A stretch of 64,000 nucleotides of DNA from Stegostoma tigrinum (taxonomy: Eukaryota). The notes under the pieces were generated by a model. That model saw only the letters and a list, made by a program, of their open reading frames with translations. It was not told the origin of the DNA and made no database searches. The stretch covers positions 11,576,658-11,640,657 of the forward strand of contig NC_081394.1 of the NCBI RefSeq assembly GCF_030684315.1, in the 5' to 3' direction. This document shows positions 52,781-64,000 of this stretch, in pieces (positions within the stretch are counted from its first letter, which is position 1; each line of letters begins with the position of its first letter). Made by a program: the position numbers and the translations under genes.

Positions 52781-55113
52781 GTCCATCTAATTGGAAAGCT
52801 GGAACAGTTGAGAGACAGTATTCTTGTCATCTATATTTGCATTAGTACACCGTCTGCTCCATTGTTAACTAACCAGCACTTTAAACTATAGCATCCACCT
52901 GCCAGAAAAAAAAAACAACAACAAATAAGGGAATGTGGAGCTCTGAAACAAAAAGAAATATACATTTCTGGTGAAACACAATAGGTCAGACAGCGCCTGT
53001 GGAGAGAGAAAGAGAGTTCCATCAGTCAAAGACGGTTCTGAATCCAATATCGGAAAAGCTAATCTTCTGATGCAAGTTTTAAAGTTTGGATACAAAATCG
53101 AAAGCACTTTATGGGGAAAGGAAACTTGCATATAATCTGCCATCCTCTACAGCTACAAGTACAAACGAGAAATGTTCAGAAATTCATCAAATTCTGGCAC
53201 GTCCGGGAAGTAAGTGAGATCAGCCACAATTTTCTTTTGTCATTCATCCTCACAAAAAATTCTCCTGCAATCAGTAATTACTTTTGGGATGTTTGATAAT
53301 AATTTAGCCTGTTTCGAGTATGATATCTTAATCTAATGTTTCTCAACTGTCAGACGGTGCTCTCACTTAATATGAACAATTGGGATTATTGTCTTCCCAC
53401 TTAATGCTACTTTATTGATGAACACTGCTATTCCGATTTAAGCAGGATTCCTGCAACACTCTCAAATATCCTTCAACACCATACAACAATAGAATATAAG
53501 AACAGGACTAGTTCGTTGGAACTTGGATGCTGCTCCATCATTCAGCAGAAAAATAGCTGATCCCATACTCCTCTTGTCAAAATTTTCTGTCCTTTTCATA
53601 GACAACCATTCTGGTTGGTAATATTTATACTTCAGCCTTTGACAGATACCTAAACTCTTGTTACCCCACATCGCATCTATGGCATTCTGTGGTAAGGAGT
53701 TACAAAATTAAAGGGCATCTCATTCTACTTTTCCCTGTTGAGGAACAGCTCAGTGATTTTTTTCTCCCATTTGGTATCAATGGCGTCCACCACCATTGCA
53801 TTTCTCAAAGAATAATATAGTAGAAATCAATGGACAACTCTTACCCGGGAGATAAAGATTGTGGCGTATGTACGTTAAAAAAGAAATTTTAACTTCAACA
53901 GACAATTACATTTCAGTTCTCAACCAATGGTGAAGCGCCATGTAGCGTTGAATGTGACAAAATAACCTGGTGAATATCTCCTTTCTGAATGTGCATCGCC
54001 TCCCACACTGATTCTGGCTGAAAAAAAAACATGTGGTAACCTGATTGGCTAGCCAGCTAATCAGCTAGGAGCCAGTGTGCTTGTCCTCCATATTCGCCAC
54101 ATTCAGTCTTTATACATTTAATAACAGTAAAACAAAGAACTGTGAATGCTGGGGATCTGAAATAAAAAAAAACATACTTCTCTGGAGATTCAAAACCAGT
54201 GAGGCGACTTCAGCAGAGAGAGAAACAGAGTTACTGTTTTGAGACCCGTGACTTAAGTGAATCACACAAGTCACATCAATGTGAACAGTTTCATGAAGTT
54301 ATTTTCAGACAAGATCCAAAGTAACTTTATGAATCAAAGTTTGATCGTTCAAACAAACATGTTATATGTGTAAGGTGGTGTGGAAATGAAACGTTTTGAT
54401 GTGTGGAAGTTTTGATTTGTGAAGACTCCTAAATGGAAGGGTGCACAAGGCGGGTACAAAAAGCTTGTCAGGATGCAACAATCATAGAGCAGAGAACACA
54501 AAACTATATAACACAGGAACAGACCCTTTTGACCAAACTGTTGCGTTGCACATGGCACCAAAATAAACTAACCCATACTGCCTGCCAAACATCCATATCC
54601 CTCAATTACTTATGTGTTTATGCACTCACGTAAAAGCCCCTTAAATGTAATTACTCCACTGGAAGGGCATTCCGGACTCCTGTTACTCTCCGTGTGAATA
54701 AAAAACGAAAACTTGTTCCATATCTCCTTTGAACTACACCCTCCCGGTTCAAATGCATGCCCTTCGTATTAGACATTTCAACTCTATGAACATATATCCT
54801 GACTGTGACTAAGTTTTGTTTATGCAGCCGATGTGCTGGAACTGAGCTTAAAAAGATTTTTAAAATTGTTGGTGACAGTGGATTGATCTGCAAGAGAAGT
54901 TGACACATCATTTCCGTACCAAAGCTCATTCAAAAGTCATCAACTTGCTTCTTTAAAGTACAATGTTTGGAAAGAAGATAGGATTTTTATTATTATTATT
55001 TTTTATTGCGTAGAACTAAAGACAAATGTTAATAATTTTCAAAGTGAAATGACAAGTACAATAACATAGGTAGGAATGGCTGAGAATTTATCGAGGCAGA
55101 CACAGAAACTCAC

Positions 55114-55374
55114 CAGCGAGACCAACAATAGCGAGGATGGCGTAGTAAATTGCTTGAATAACCCGAAGCACATATTTGATCCGAAATTTTAAAACCAAAT
55201 CATCATAGCTTGTTGAAAGATGCTAAAGTGCCGTGATGAAAGTTCTGTTCATTGTTGCAACATGCCAATCAATTTATTCTGATTCTCATTAACTTCTGTT
55301 ACAGCCCAATCTATTGATTTTAATGGCTGAATCATGGTTGTAACATCCCAATCTGTCTTCAATCTCTGCAGCAT
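55114..55374 (-). pseudogene. GPR139/GPR142-like GPCR copy B, exon 1 (disrupted)
   Basis: Colinear with exon 1 of A (MLQRLKTDWDVTTMIQPLKSIDWAVTEV...KYVLRVIQAIYYAILAIVGLA) with donor G|GTGAGT at 55113-55108. It is 261 nt versus 262 in A (1-nt deletion near 55271-55278) and has TAG at 55225-55223 where A has TAC (Tyr). Confidence 0.85.
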
Positions 55375-55461
55375 TGCTGTGACATTGAAATCAATATTGC
55401 CTCTCTTTCAACACCATTGATTCAACGTAGCTTTAGAGGCAAAATTTCCAACGACTATTGG

Positions 55462-55537
55462 TTATATATTGGAGGGCGAAATTTACAAAGAAAATATCAG
55501 TATAACCTCCAGGGACGCAATTAGCCAGCATCAATTA
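55462..55537 (-). promoter_or_regulatory. Putative core promoter of copy B: TATA box, O/E-like site, two TAATTG homeodomain sites
   Basis: Minus strand: TAATTG (55537-55532), CTAATTG (55524-55518), TCCCTGGAG (55515-55507) and TATATAA (55468-55462). Confidence 0.6.
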
Positions 55538-55578
55538 CAGTCAGTAAATATTTTTCTTTAAAAAAGCACATTTTAACC

Positions 55579-55709
55579 NNNNNNNNNNNNNNNNNNNNNN
55601 NNNNNNNNNNNNNNNNNNNNNNNNNNNNNNNNNNNNNNNNNNNNNNNNNNNNNNNNNNNNNNNNNNNNNNNNNNNNNNNNNNNNNNNNNNNNNNNNNNNN
55701 NNNNNNNNN
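55579..55709. other. Assembly gap (131 N), probably over a CA microsatellite
   Basis: Run of N at the position homologous to the (CA)n at 24824-24888. Confidence 0.95.
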
Positions 55710-56849
55710 TGGGTTTTGTGTGAGTGGTTAATGAGCAGACTATCAGAAATGACAATGGTTCAAAGCATAATTTTGCAGTAATAGTAGATACGCAAACATG
55801 ACGCACTTTTCAGAAAATGAAATTGATAAACAGAAACATTACAAAGTAATTCACTGAAAATTGAGAGCACATGACCTTCATAGACTAAGAGACGAAATGT
55901 TTCATTGAATGAACGTTAGCATCTATGCTAAAACCAGCATGCACCTTTATTCCAAATAATGCAGTTTTTTTTAAAAACTTCATGATGGAGCAGAAAGTAG
56001 CGAGGGTGACTTTTGATATAAAGTTCTGAATGCCGCTTTATAATTCATTTATAGAATGTGGGCATCACTGGAAAGCTTTAATTTTCCATTCTTAATTGAT
56101 TTTGAAGTGAGAAGGCAGTAACCTAGAATTGTTGTTGTACGATTAGTCCAGAGACCGAGGGAATATTCTGACAACAACAATTTAGAAAAAAAACATAGAT
56201 CACAGACCACACAACAATAGAGCACATGACAATCACTTCAGCCCACGAAGTTGTGCAGAATTTGTACCTGCAAGCTAAGGTCTATATAATCTCCACATCT
56301 ACATTAAACTATCATCCGTATGCTTGTCTAACAACAGCTTTAATGCCCCTCATGATGCCAACTCCACTACCCTCTCCGGCAATGCATTCCACGCCCATAC
56401 CACCCTCTGAGACATTCAAAGTGTTTGGATTTGTCATAGGGCACATTTCTTTTCACTCAGTCAATATTTGTGAGTTGAAAGGAATTGACTGGAAGATTTG
56501 TGAGAAGAGACATTGTTATTCTATTTTCAAATCTGCATTCAATGGCGACTTAAAGCATTAACATTAGAGTATCAATGGAATAAACACAGCAATGTGATGA
56601 ATTTTACAAACCTACCAAAGCACTGACACAGGCTGGAGGGTTTGAAGTTAATAGTGTACCATTGTAACATTTCATCATTATTTGGACTGCGGAATCCGTC
56701 CAGCCTCCTTAATTGCTCTATCTGTTAACAACATACAATGGAAAGTAATTCAAACATGATGACATGAAATCAGTATTTTGCACAAGGTTGCATTCTCAGT
56801 ATATTGACTGAACTTGCATTTTTCTAAGAGGGAAGAAATGAACGAATGG

Positions 56850-58945
56850 AAAAGTGCAGCACAGAAACAGACTCTTTGACCCTCTAAACTTATACCAACC
56901 ATCATGTCCATTTTAATCTAAGAAACAAGCATGCCATTTTTTTGATCTATACCACCACTAATCTGACCCTATTCATGTGCACAGCTGGTTGTCTCTTAAA
57001 TGCCTTCAATGAGCCCGCTTCCACCACCTCCTCTGCTGGGTCATTCCAGGCTGGTACCACTATTTGTAGGAAGAACATACGCTTCATATCTCCCTTAAAG
57101 CTTACGGACTGACCTTGAACCTTTGCAATGTTATAATTGACATTTCAAACCTGGCAAAAAAAAATCTGTGTATCCATCCTATCTATCACCCTCTGACATT
57201 ATGACACAATGCCGTAATTGTGCAGGGAACTATCAGGTCTCCTTTCAACATCCGTTTTCCCGTGAAAACAATTCCATGTTTTTTTTTTAACCTTATTTCA
57301 TCATCAGAGCTCTGGAGACCAGGTACCATCCTTGTGAAACTTTCTTGGACTGTCTGCGAAGTTTCCGTAATCTTCAGTTAGTGTGGTGGCCAAAGTATAC
57401 ACAATACGAGAAAAAAGGCCTAACAATGTTTTTATGTAACTGCTGCCTTTTTTACTGTTGTACTGCTTGCCCCAGCCAATGAAGGTAGGCACGCCATATA
57501 CCTTCTTAACCAGCTTGTCTACCAGTGTTACACATTCAGGTAATTTTTGATATGCATGCTGAGATCTGTCTGAATGTTTGTGTTCCTATGGGTTCTGCCA
57601 TTTACAATATAATTCACAGCTATATTTGGTCCAGCAAAATGCATTGCCTTCTTTTATCTGGATCAAACTCCACTTGCTCTTTCTGTTTCCCCGTCACAAA
57701 ACTATCTGTATCCTGATTTACATTATCACAATCCTTGCCACTCTCAGCCAATCCACCACTCTTCGTGTCATCAGAACACTTGCTGATCTGCAGTTTCCTA
57801 CAGGCCATTTATATGTTCCACAATCAATAAAGGACCCAGGACCGACTCTTTTAAGCACACCACGAAAAACAAGTCTCCATTCTGAAAAGCATCCTTCTAC
57901 TACTACACTCTGTCTTCTCTGTCCAAATCAGTTTTCTATACATCTATTCAGGCCAGCATCGAAACCCGTGTGATTTTCTTTTTTTGCAACAATCTGTTTT
58001 ATGGAACTTTTTCAATTGCATTACTAAAGTCAATTTAAACTACATTCACAGCTCATTACTCATCAATTATCATCGGTACCCCTTCACAAAACTTCACTCA
58101 GGTTGGTGACACATGAATTTTCCTGCACAGAACAATTCTACATGTTACTGAGTCGTCTATTTTCCTCCGAATGCACAGAAACCTGGTCCTGAAGTATCTT
58201 CTCCAAGAGTTTCTCCACCTCAGACGTCAAGCTCACAAGACTATAATTTTCTGATTTATCTCTGCATCATTTCGTAAACAGTCCTCTGAAATTTCACCTA
58301 GGGTCAATGTAGGTGTGAAGATATCTGTCAAAGCCACAGCTCCTTCCTGTCTTGACTCTCTGATTCAGCTGAGTTAGATACTATCTGGTTCTTGAGACTT
58401 GTAACACTGAATGTAATTTTGGAACCCAAAAGCGGTCTCTTCACTCTGTGGACGTTCTTTGGAGCATTCACGCACTCATCCTTGAACTCAAAATTCGCCA
58501 TGCCTTTCAATTTTGTGGAAACCAACGCAAAATACTTAATCAGGATCTTGCCCACTGCCTTTGGCTCAACGTATAAATTTCCTCCTTCTTTTCTGATTGG
58601 GCCTACTCTTTCCCTTGGGACCCTCTTTCCCCTAACATATACATAAAAAGCCTTGGGATTCTCCTTGACCTGTTTGCTGAAGACATTTCTTGGCAAAAAA
58701 CTTTCCTTTCTAATTGTACGTTTAAGTCCCAACTTAATTACTCTGTTGTCGTCTAGGTCTTCTTTATTTTGCAACTGTCTAGACTTGCAATATGCTTCCA
58801 TTTTTCTTTTCGCAAACCTTGCAATTTCCCTTGTTATGTATAGCTTCTGAATCCTGCCATTCTTCTCCTTCAACGGAATAAGGACATGCATGTCCAGCTT
58901 TGTAATCAATTGTTCTTTACAAGCCAGAGTTAGATTTGCTCTCAA
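56850..58945 (-). mobile_element. Degraded CR1 LINE
   Basis: KENPKAFYVYVRGKRVPRERVGPIRKEGGNL (58328-58945) and ISKCSDDTKSGG (57620-57808); 3' tail near 56855-56900. Confidence 0.85.
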
Positions 58946-59699
58946 ATAACTGCATGCAATCCAAACTCTTCAATTCTGGTCAAATTTGGTTGGAATTTAT
59001 GACTTCTTGACAACGGTACCTCACAGATATTCACCATGTCTGCAGTACTATATCCCAAAATTCGTCTCAAAAGCCGGTCCGCTGCCTTCTGAATGGATCT
59101 CCTTCCTTGCTTCACACAGTGCGATTGTCCTTTTGCAATCCTCTGCCCAGTCGTGTTGACTGCTGTGCCGTCTCTCTGAATTCCTCTCAGAAACGTCTCT
59201 CCCGCCTTCTTATTGGATAACAATCAGATTTTTGTGTGGAAACTCAAATGACATTTGCCGCAAAAAAACACTATCCTTTTCTGCAGCGCAACAATTGTCA
59301 TTTGGACTGTGGTTTCAATTCTGGACTTCATACCTCCGTTTGTGTCGATGAGATTAGTCTTTGTCTGTTGTGATTGTTCACTTCACTGTAATCATTTTGT
59401 CCAAGTCTGGATCTTTTCCAAGTTTGAACCGATGTTCACACATCTTCAAATAGCCAGATAAGTTGAAGATATGATATGCTTGTCATTATTGGCTTGGATA
59501 CGATTTTAATCATCTTTCAAAACTTTCAGTTTTGTTGAATTCAAAACCAGAAGGAAATTGTTTGAACAGTAAATGAGCTCATGTGAATGTCGGAAGCATT
59601 CAGAATTTGATGCCCAATTTACATTTTTTTTGCAACTGCATACCGATCTGCCATTGAAATTTCTAGAACCAAGACATTGTTGTCTGACTTGCAATCCCT

Positions 59700-62600
59700 T
59701 TGCCATATTGGAGCATTTTGGAGATCAAGCTGGTAAAATGCAACAGTCCAACTTTTAGGCCGAAGATTTACTCACTTTCCAATATACGTCACAGAATCAG
59801 AGTTACAAGAAGCACCCGATAAAGTGAAATGGAGATAAATATGCGATGATTAAAATGAGAACAATAATTCCTTTCACAGACGATTGTGATACATGTATCA
59901 TTCAGTATAGGCTGAGAAAGAAAAATGATCAGTATCTTTGGGCATCGGGACAGCTGAGTCTGTAATGGGCTCCAACTGCCATGTGAACCATTCAAATGCC
60001 TGCTTTGTATGTTTTAGTTTTCCTGATATATCATTGGACTTCAGAATTTAATGTCGCTTTTTTGGCTTCTCAATAACTTTTCTCTCATCATTCATGGTCT
60101 ATGAGTGTTCCCGAATTGACAGCGACTTCCTGCCTACATACACTGTCACTTCGGAAATTAAGAGTCAAACATAATACAGTGTGTCTCGTGTCAACTGTAG
60201 GTACAGACCAGGCAAGAATGACAGTAACGTCCCCAGTAGATATCAGTGAGCCAGATGGATTTTCTTTATTTTCCCTAACAATCTGCCGCAGTTCTATTCG
60301 ATTCTTAGTTTCAACATTTTATTGAATTCGAATTCCACCATATGTCCTTTTGAGGACACTACCTGTGCATCTGCATTAACCACCCAATGACAGTAATAGC
60401 CCATCTTCTTCTCAGTTCAATGACAATTATAGATGGACAATAAATGCTGTTTATTTATGCTCACCTCCAAAAAGGTAATATTAAAATTATATTCAGAACT
60501 TGATACTAATGTCCCCTTTACTCTTTCCTGTTATTTCACGGTAGGTAAAAAAAGGTAAATACATAACTTTAGAATCACGGTGCGTGCTGGTTTTAATTTA
60601 CAAGCTGATGTTAATCCAATGAGCCATTTTGTCTCTGCTTCTATAAAGTTCATACGCTTTCAATTTTCGGTGGAGGGGTTTTTTTATATCTATATATCTC
60701 TGTATTTTTATGCCTATATATCACTTCTTTTGAACAGTTTTCACAAGTATTCTTTGCATCTGCTGTGACTGTAATATCAAAAGATGTCGTAAAAATATGG
60801 TTAAGCGTATTATTATTTATATGACCTTTCATTAGACACTCACGAGAAAACCCAAATAGAAATCACTTTTTTAATGTTTGTGCTTGTGTGCGTGTGTATG
60901 CGTGTGTGTGTGTGTGAACATGGGCTGCTTCAGTATCTGAGCAGTGGTGACTATGGCTGAATATTGTGCAATCATTGGTGAACATCCCCAAACCAATCTT
61001 ATGATTGAGGGATTATCACTGATGAAGCAGTTGTACATCGTTGTGCTTAAGACACTAGTCTGTGGAAATCTTGCAGATAGGTCCTGGAGCTGAGATGGTT
61101 GATCTCCCACAACCATGACCATCTTCCTCTGTGTTAGATATGAATTCAACCAGCAGATAGTTTGTCCTGGATACCCATTGATTCCAGTTTTGCTAGATCT
61201 CCTGGATGTAACACTTGTTCGAATGTCGCCTTGATATCACCTCACCCCTGCAATTCAGCTCTTTTGTCCGTGTTTAAAATAACGCTGTAATGAAGTCAGG
61301 GGTTGACTAGCCCTTGGATAACCCAAGCTGGGCATCATTGATATTTCTGAGCAGGTCCTGCTTGATAGTTCTGTTGGTGACATCTTCCATCACTTTACTG
61401 ATGAATGAGAGGAGATTGAAAGTATGGTGATTGGCTGGGTTGGATCTGTCCTGCTTTTTATGTACAGGACACAGTTGGGACATTTTCCACATTTTCAGGC
61501 AGATACCAGTGTTGTACCTGAACTGGTATTGCTTGTTTAAAGGAGCAGTAAATTCACGAGAACAAGTCTTCAGTACTCTTGGTAGAATTTTTTCAGGGCT
61601 GGTAGCCTTTGCAGTATCCAGTGTCTCCAATCTTTTCTTGATATCACGTGGAGAGACTCTCATTGGTTGAAGACTAATATCTGTGATGCTGGAGACTGGA
61701 GGTGACCAAGATGGATCATCCACTCGGTACTTCTGTCTGAAGACTGCTGCAAATGCTTCAGCCTTATCTATTGCCATGATGTGCTGGGCACTTTCATCAT
61801 TGCGGATGGGAATGATTGTGGAGTCTCCTCCTCCAGTGAGTTGTTTAATTGTTCACCATCAATGATAACTAGATTTGGCAGGACTGTAGAGATTAGATCT
61901 GATCAGTTGGTTGCACTATTGCTTAGCTCTGTATATCACTTGCTGCTTTCGCTGTTTAGTGTGCCAGAAGTCTTGTCTGGTGGCTTCCCCAGGTTGATAC
62001 CTCATCTTCAGGTTTGCCTGGTGCTGCTCCTGGCATGACTTGCTGCACTCTTCATTGAACCCTGGCTGATACCCTGCTTTGCTGTTAATGTTTGACTGGG
62101 AGATATGCCAGGGCATGAGTTGACAGATTGTGCTGGAGTACAATTCTGTTGTTGTTAATGGCCCGCAGCATCTCATGGATGCCCAGTCTTCAGTTGCTAG
62201 ATCTGTGCAAATGCTGTCCCTTTGGCACAGTGATAGTGCCACACAACAAGATGGAGATTTTTCTCAATGTGAAGGCGACACTTTGACTCCATAAGATTGT
62301 GCATTTGTCACTCTCTCTGATTCTGTCTTCAACAAATGCAACTGCAGCTGGTAGATAAGTGAGAATGAGGTCAAGTAAGTTTTCCCCACTTGTTTGTTCC
62401 CTCACTACCAGCAGCAGACCCAGTTTAGCAGCTAGGTCTTTTAGGACCCCACCAGTTCAATCAATAGTTCTGCTGACGAGCTACTTTTTGTGGTGGATAT
62501 TGAAATCCGCCATTTACGTTTTGTGCCCTTGAAATCGTCAGTGTGTCCTCAAGATGATGTTCAACATTGAGGAATATGATTCATCGGCTGAGGGAATATG

Positions 62601-64000
62601 CTGTCTGGTGAAGAGCAGGAGGTTTCCATGCCCATCTTTAACTTGAAGCTATGAGACTTCATGAGTCCCAGATTCAATTTTGAGGACTCACAGAGCAACA
62701 ACCTCCCGACTGTAAACCACTGTGTTGTCCCTTCTGCCTTATCTATCCTACTGGTGATACAGGAAGTATCCAGGGTAGTAACGGCCATGTCTGGGACATT
62801 GTCTGTAAGGTATGTTCCCGTGAGTAAGATTATGTCAGGCTGTTGCTTGACTAGACTGTGAGATAGCTCTCCCAATTTTGGCAGCAAACACCAGATATTA
62901 GAGAGGATGAATTTACATGTTTGATGGGGCAGTTTTTGACTTTGACTTTTCTGGTACCTGGGTCGATGCCAGGAAACCCATCTTTGCAATATTTATAAAG
63001 CTTTACTTTGAAACGTCATGTTGAACTACTAAGTAGCAGGTCTCAGTTCTGCTTCAAACTCGAAAATGAACGTGAAACCTCACAAGCAAATTCCTGGCTG
63101 TTTCACTTCTGATGGATAGCTGCTTGCATAGAACACATCATGTCTCAGAGGTCCGTAGTTGAAAGGTTACTTCAGTCTGCCTTTATATCTGTGTGTAGAA
63201 AACACCGTGATTAGCACGTTTAAAATCGTGGTCACTCTGCAGCTTGGCATTCTGTAAGGAGTTGGTCACCACGAGGAAGGCAAAGCTGGGGACTCTGAAA
63301 ATCTGAAACAAAAACGTGCCCATCATACTTTTTTTTTGGTAGGAGAAACCTGCATTAATGTTTTCTGGAGATCATCACTCTGCAGAGTTATAAGTAATAT
63401 TTATCTAAGTGTTCTAAACACATGGAGTAAAATGACAGATACCAGGATCACCCTGAAAATTTTGCTCAACTATTTCGTGTTATCCTCTTGGTCCATCGAA
63501 TTTCAGTTGATAAATAACGTGTCACAATCTGTCATATTTGTTGTTTCAGGAAATATCATTTCAATCCATCACTCGATGAAACCCATAATGTCCGGGAAAT
63601 GTTGCTAAACAAGGGGGTATTAGATTGTAGATTCATAATTCCTCGAAATTGGAGTCGCTGAGTGACAGGGTAGGAAGATGTATTTGGTATAATTGTTTTT
63701 GTTCGTCAGAACATGGAGAATAGAAGATGGATGTTATGATGCTGCTATACACGACATTGGTTGGGCCACGTTTGGTATATTGCAAACACTTCTTATCTCC
63801 CTGCTATCTTTATGAATTTGTGAAACTTGAAAATTTCAGACAGAACTTACAAGAATGTTGCTCAGGTTGAGGGTTTGTTATATAGGCAGATGTAAAACAG
63901 GCTGAGGCATTTTTCCCTGGGCTGTCAGAGGCTGAATGATGACCTTATAGAAGATCAGAAAATGATGAGAGGCAAGGAAAGAGTGAACAGCCAAAATATT
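59700..64000 (+). pseudogene. Inverted, internally deleted third GPCR locus (copy C): 5' flank and 3' part of the intron only
   Basis: 59700-60916 is the reverse complement of the A upstream region (~26020-24830). 62990-64000 is the reverse complement of the distal intron (B ~48005-46700; A ~17650-16400). No exon 1 lies between them. Confidence 0.72.
60917..62985 (-). mobile_element. Degraded CR1/L2-group LINE (same family as 32310-33990), 3' end missing
   Basis: LVKQQPDIILLTGTYL (APE), ENLLDLILT and AEAFAAVFRQKYRVDDPSWSPP...CPVHKKQDRSNPANH. The RT sequence stops abruptly at the (TG)n at 60916. Confidence 0.87.

Larger units (their letters stand above)
39630..56170. repeat. Segmental duplicate unit B (direct paralog of ~8900-25350)
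   Basis: Same anchors as unit A. Differs from A by unit-specific retroelement insertions. Confidence 0.85.

Noticed and set aside
1-64000. Prokaryotic-type systems (CRISPR arrays, operons, rRNA)
   Set aside because: The sequence is eukaryotic with spliced genes and retroelements; no regular repeat-spacer array or rRNA-like sequence was seen.

Overview
AT-rich, repeat-dense vertebrate genomic DNA with two N gaps. It is almost certainly a shark or other elasmobranch, judging by HE1-like tRNA-derived SINEs and by CR1, Rex1 and Penelope retroelements. The window holds a cluster of two-exon class A GPCR genes of the GPR139/GPR142-like type. Copy A (minus strand, exon 1 24294-24555, exon 2 15055-15950) is intact and encodes 385 aa. 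Copy B (minus strand, exon 1 55114-55374, exon 2 45389-46280) has two frameshifts and a nonsense codon. Copy C (about 59700-64000) is inverted and has lost its core promoter and exon 1; its exon 2 is predicted just beyond the right edge. A and B sit in ~17 kb direct duplicates about 31 kb apart, and a separate ~3.7 kb block occurs twice in inverted orientation. The most interesting signals are an olfactory-promoter-like arrangement upstream of A and B (homeodomain TAATTG, an O/E(EBF)-like site and a TATA box) and a 14-residue DW repeat in the receptor N-terminus. Together they suggest, as inference only, an expanded chemosensory-type receptor family. Repeat boundaries and identity estimates were made by eye and are approximate.
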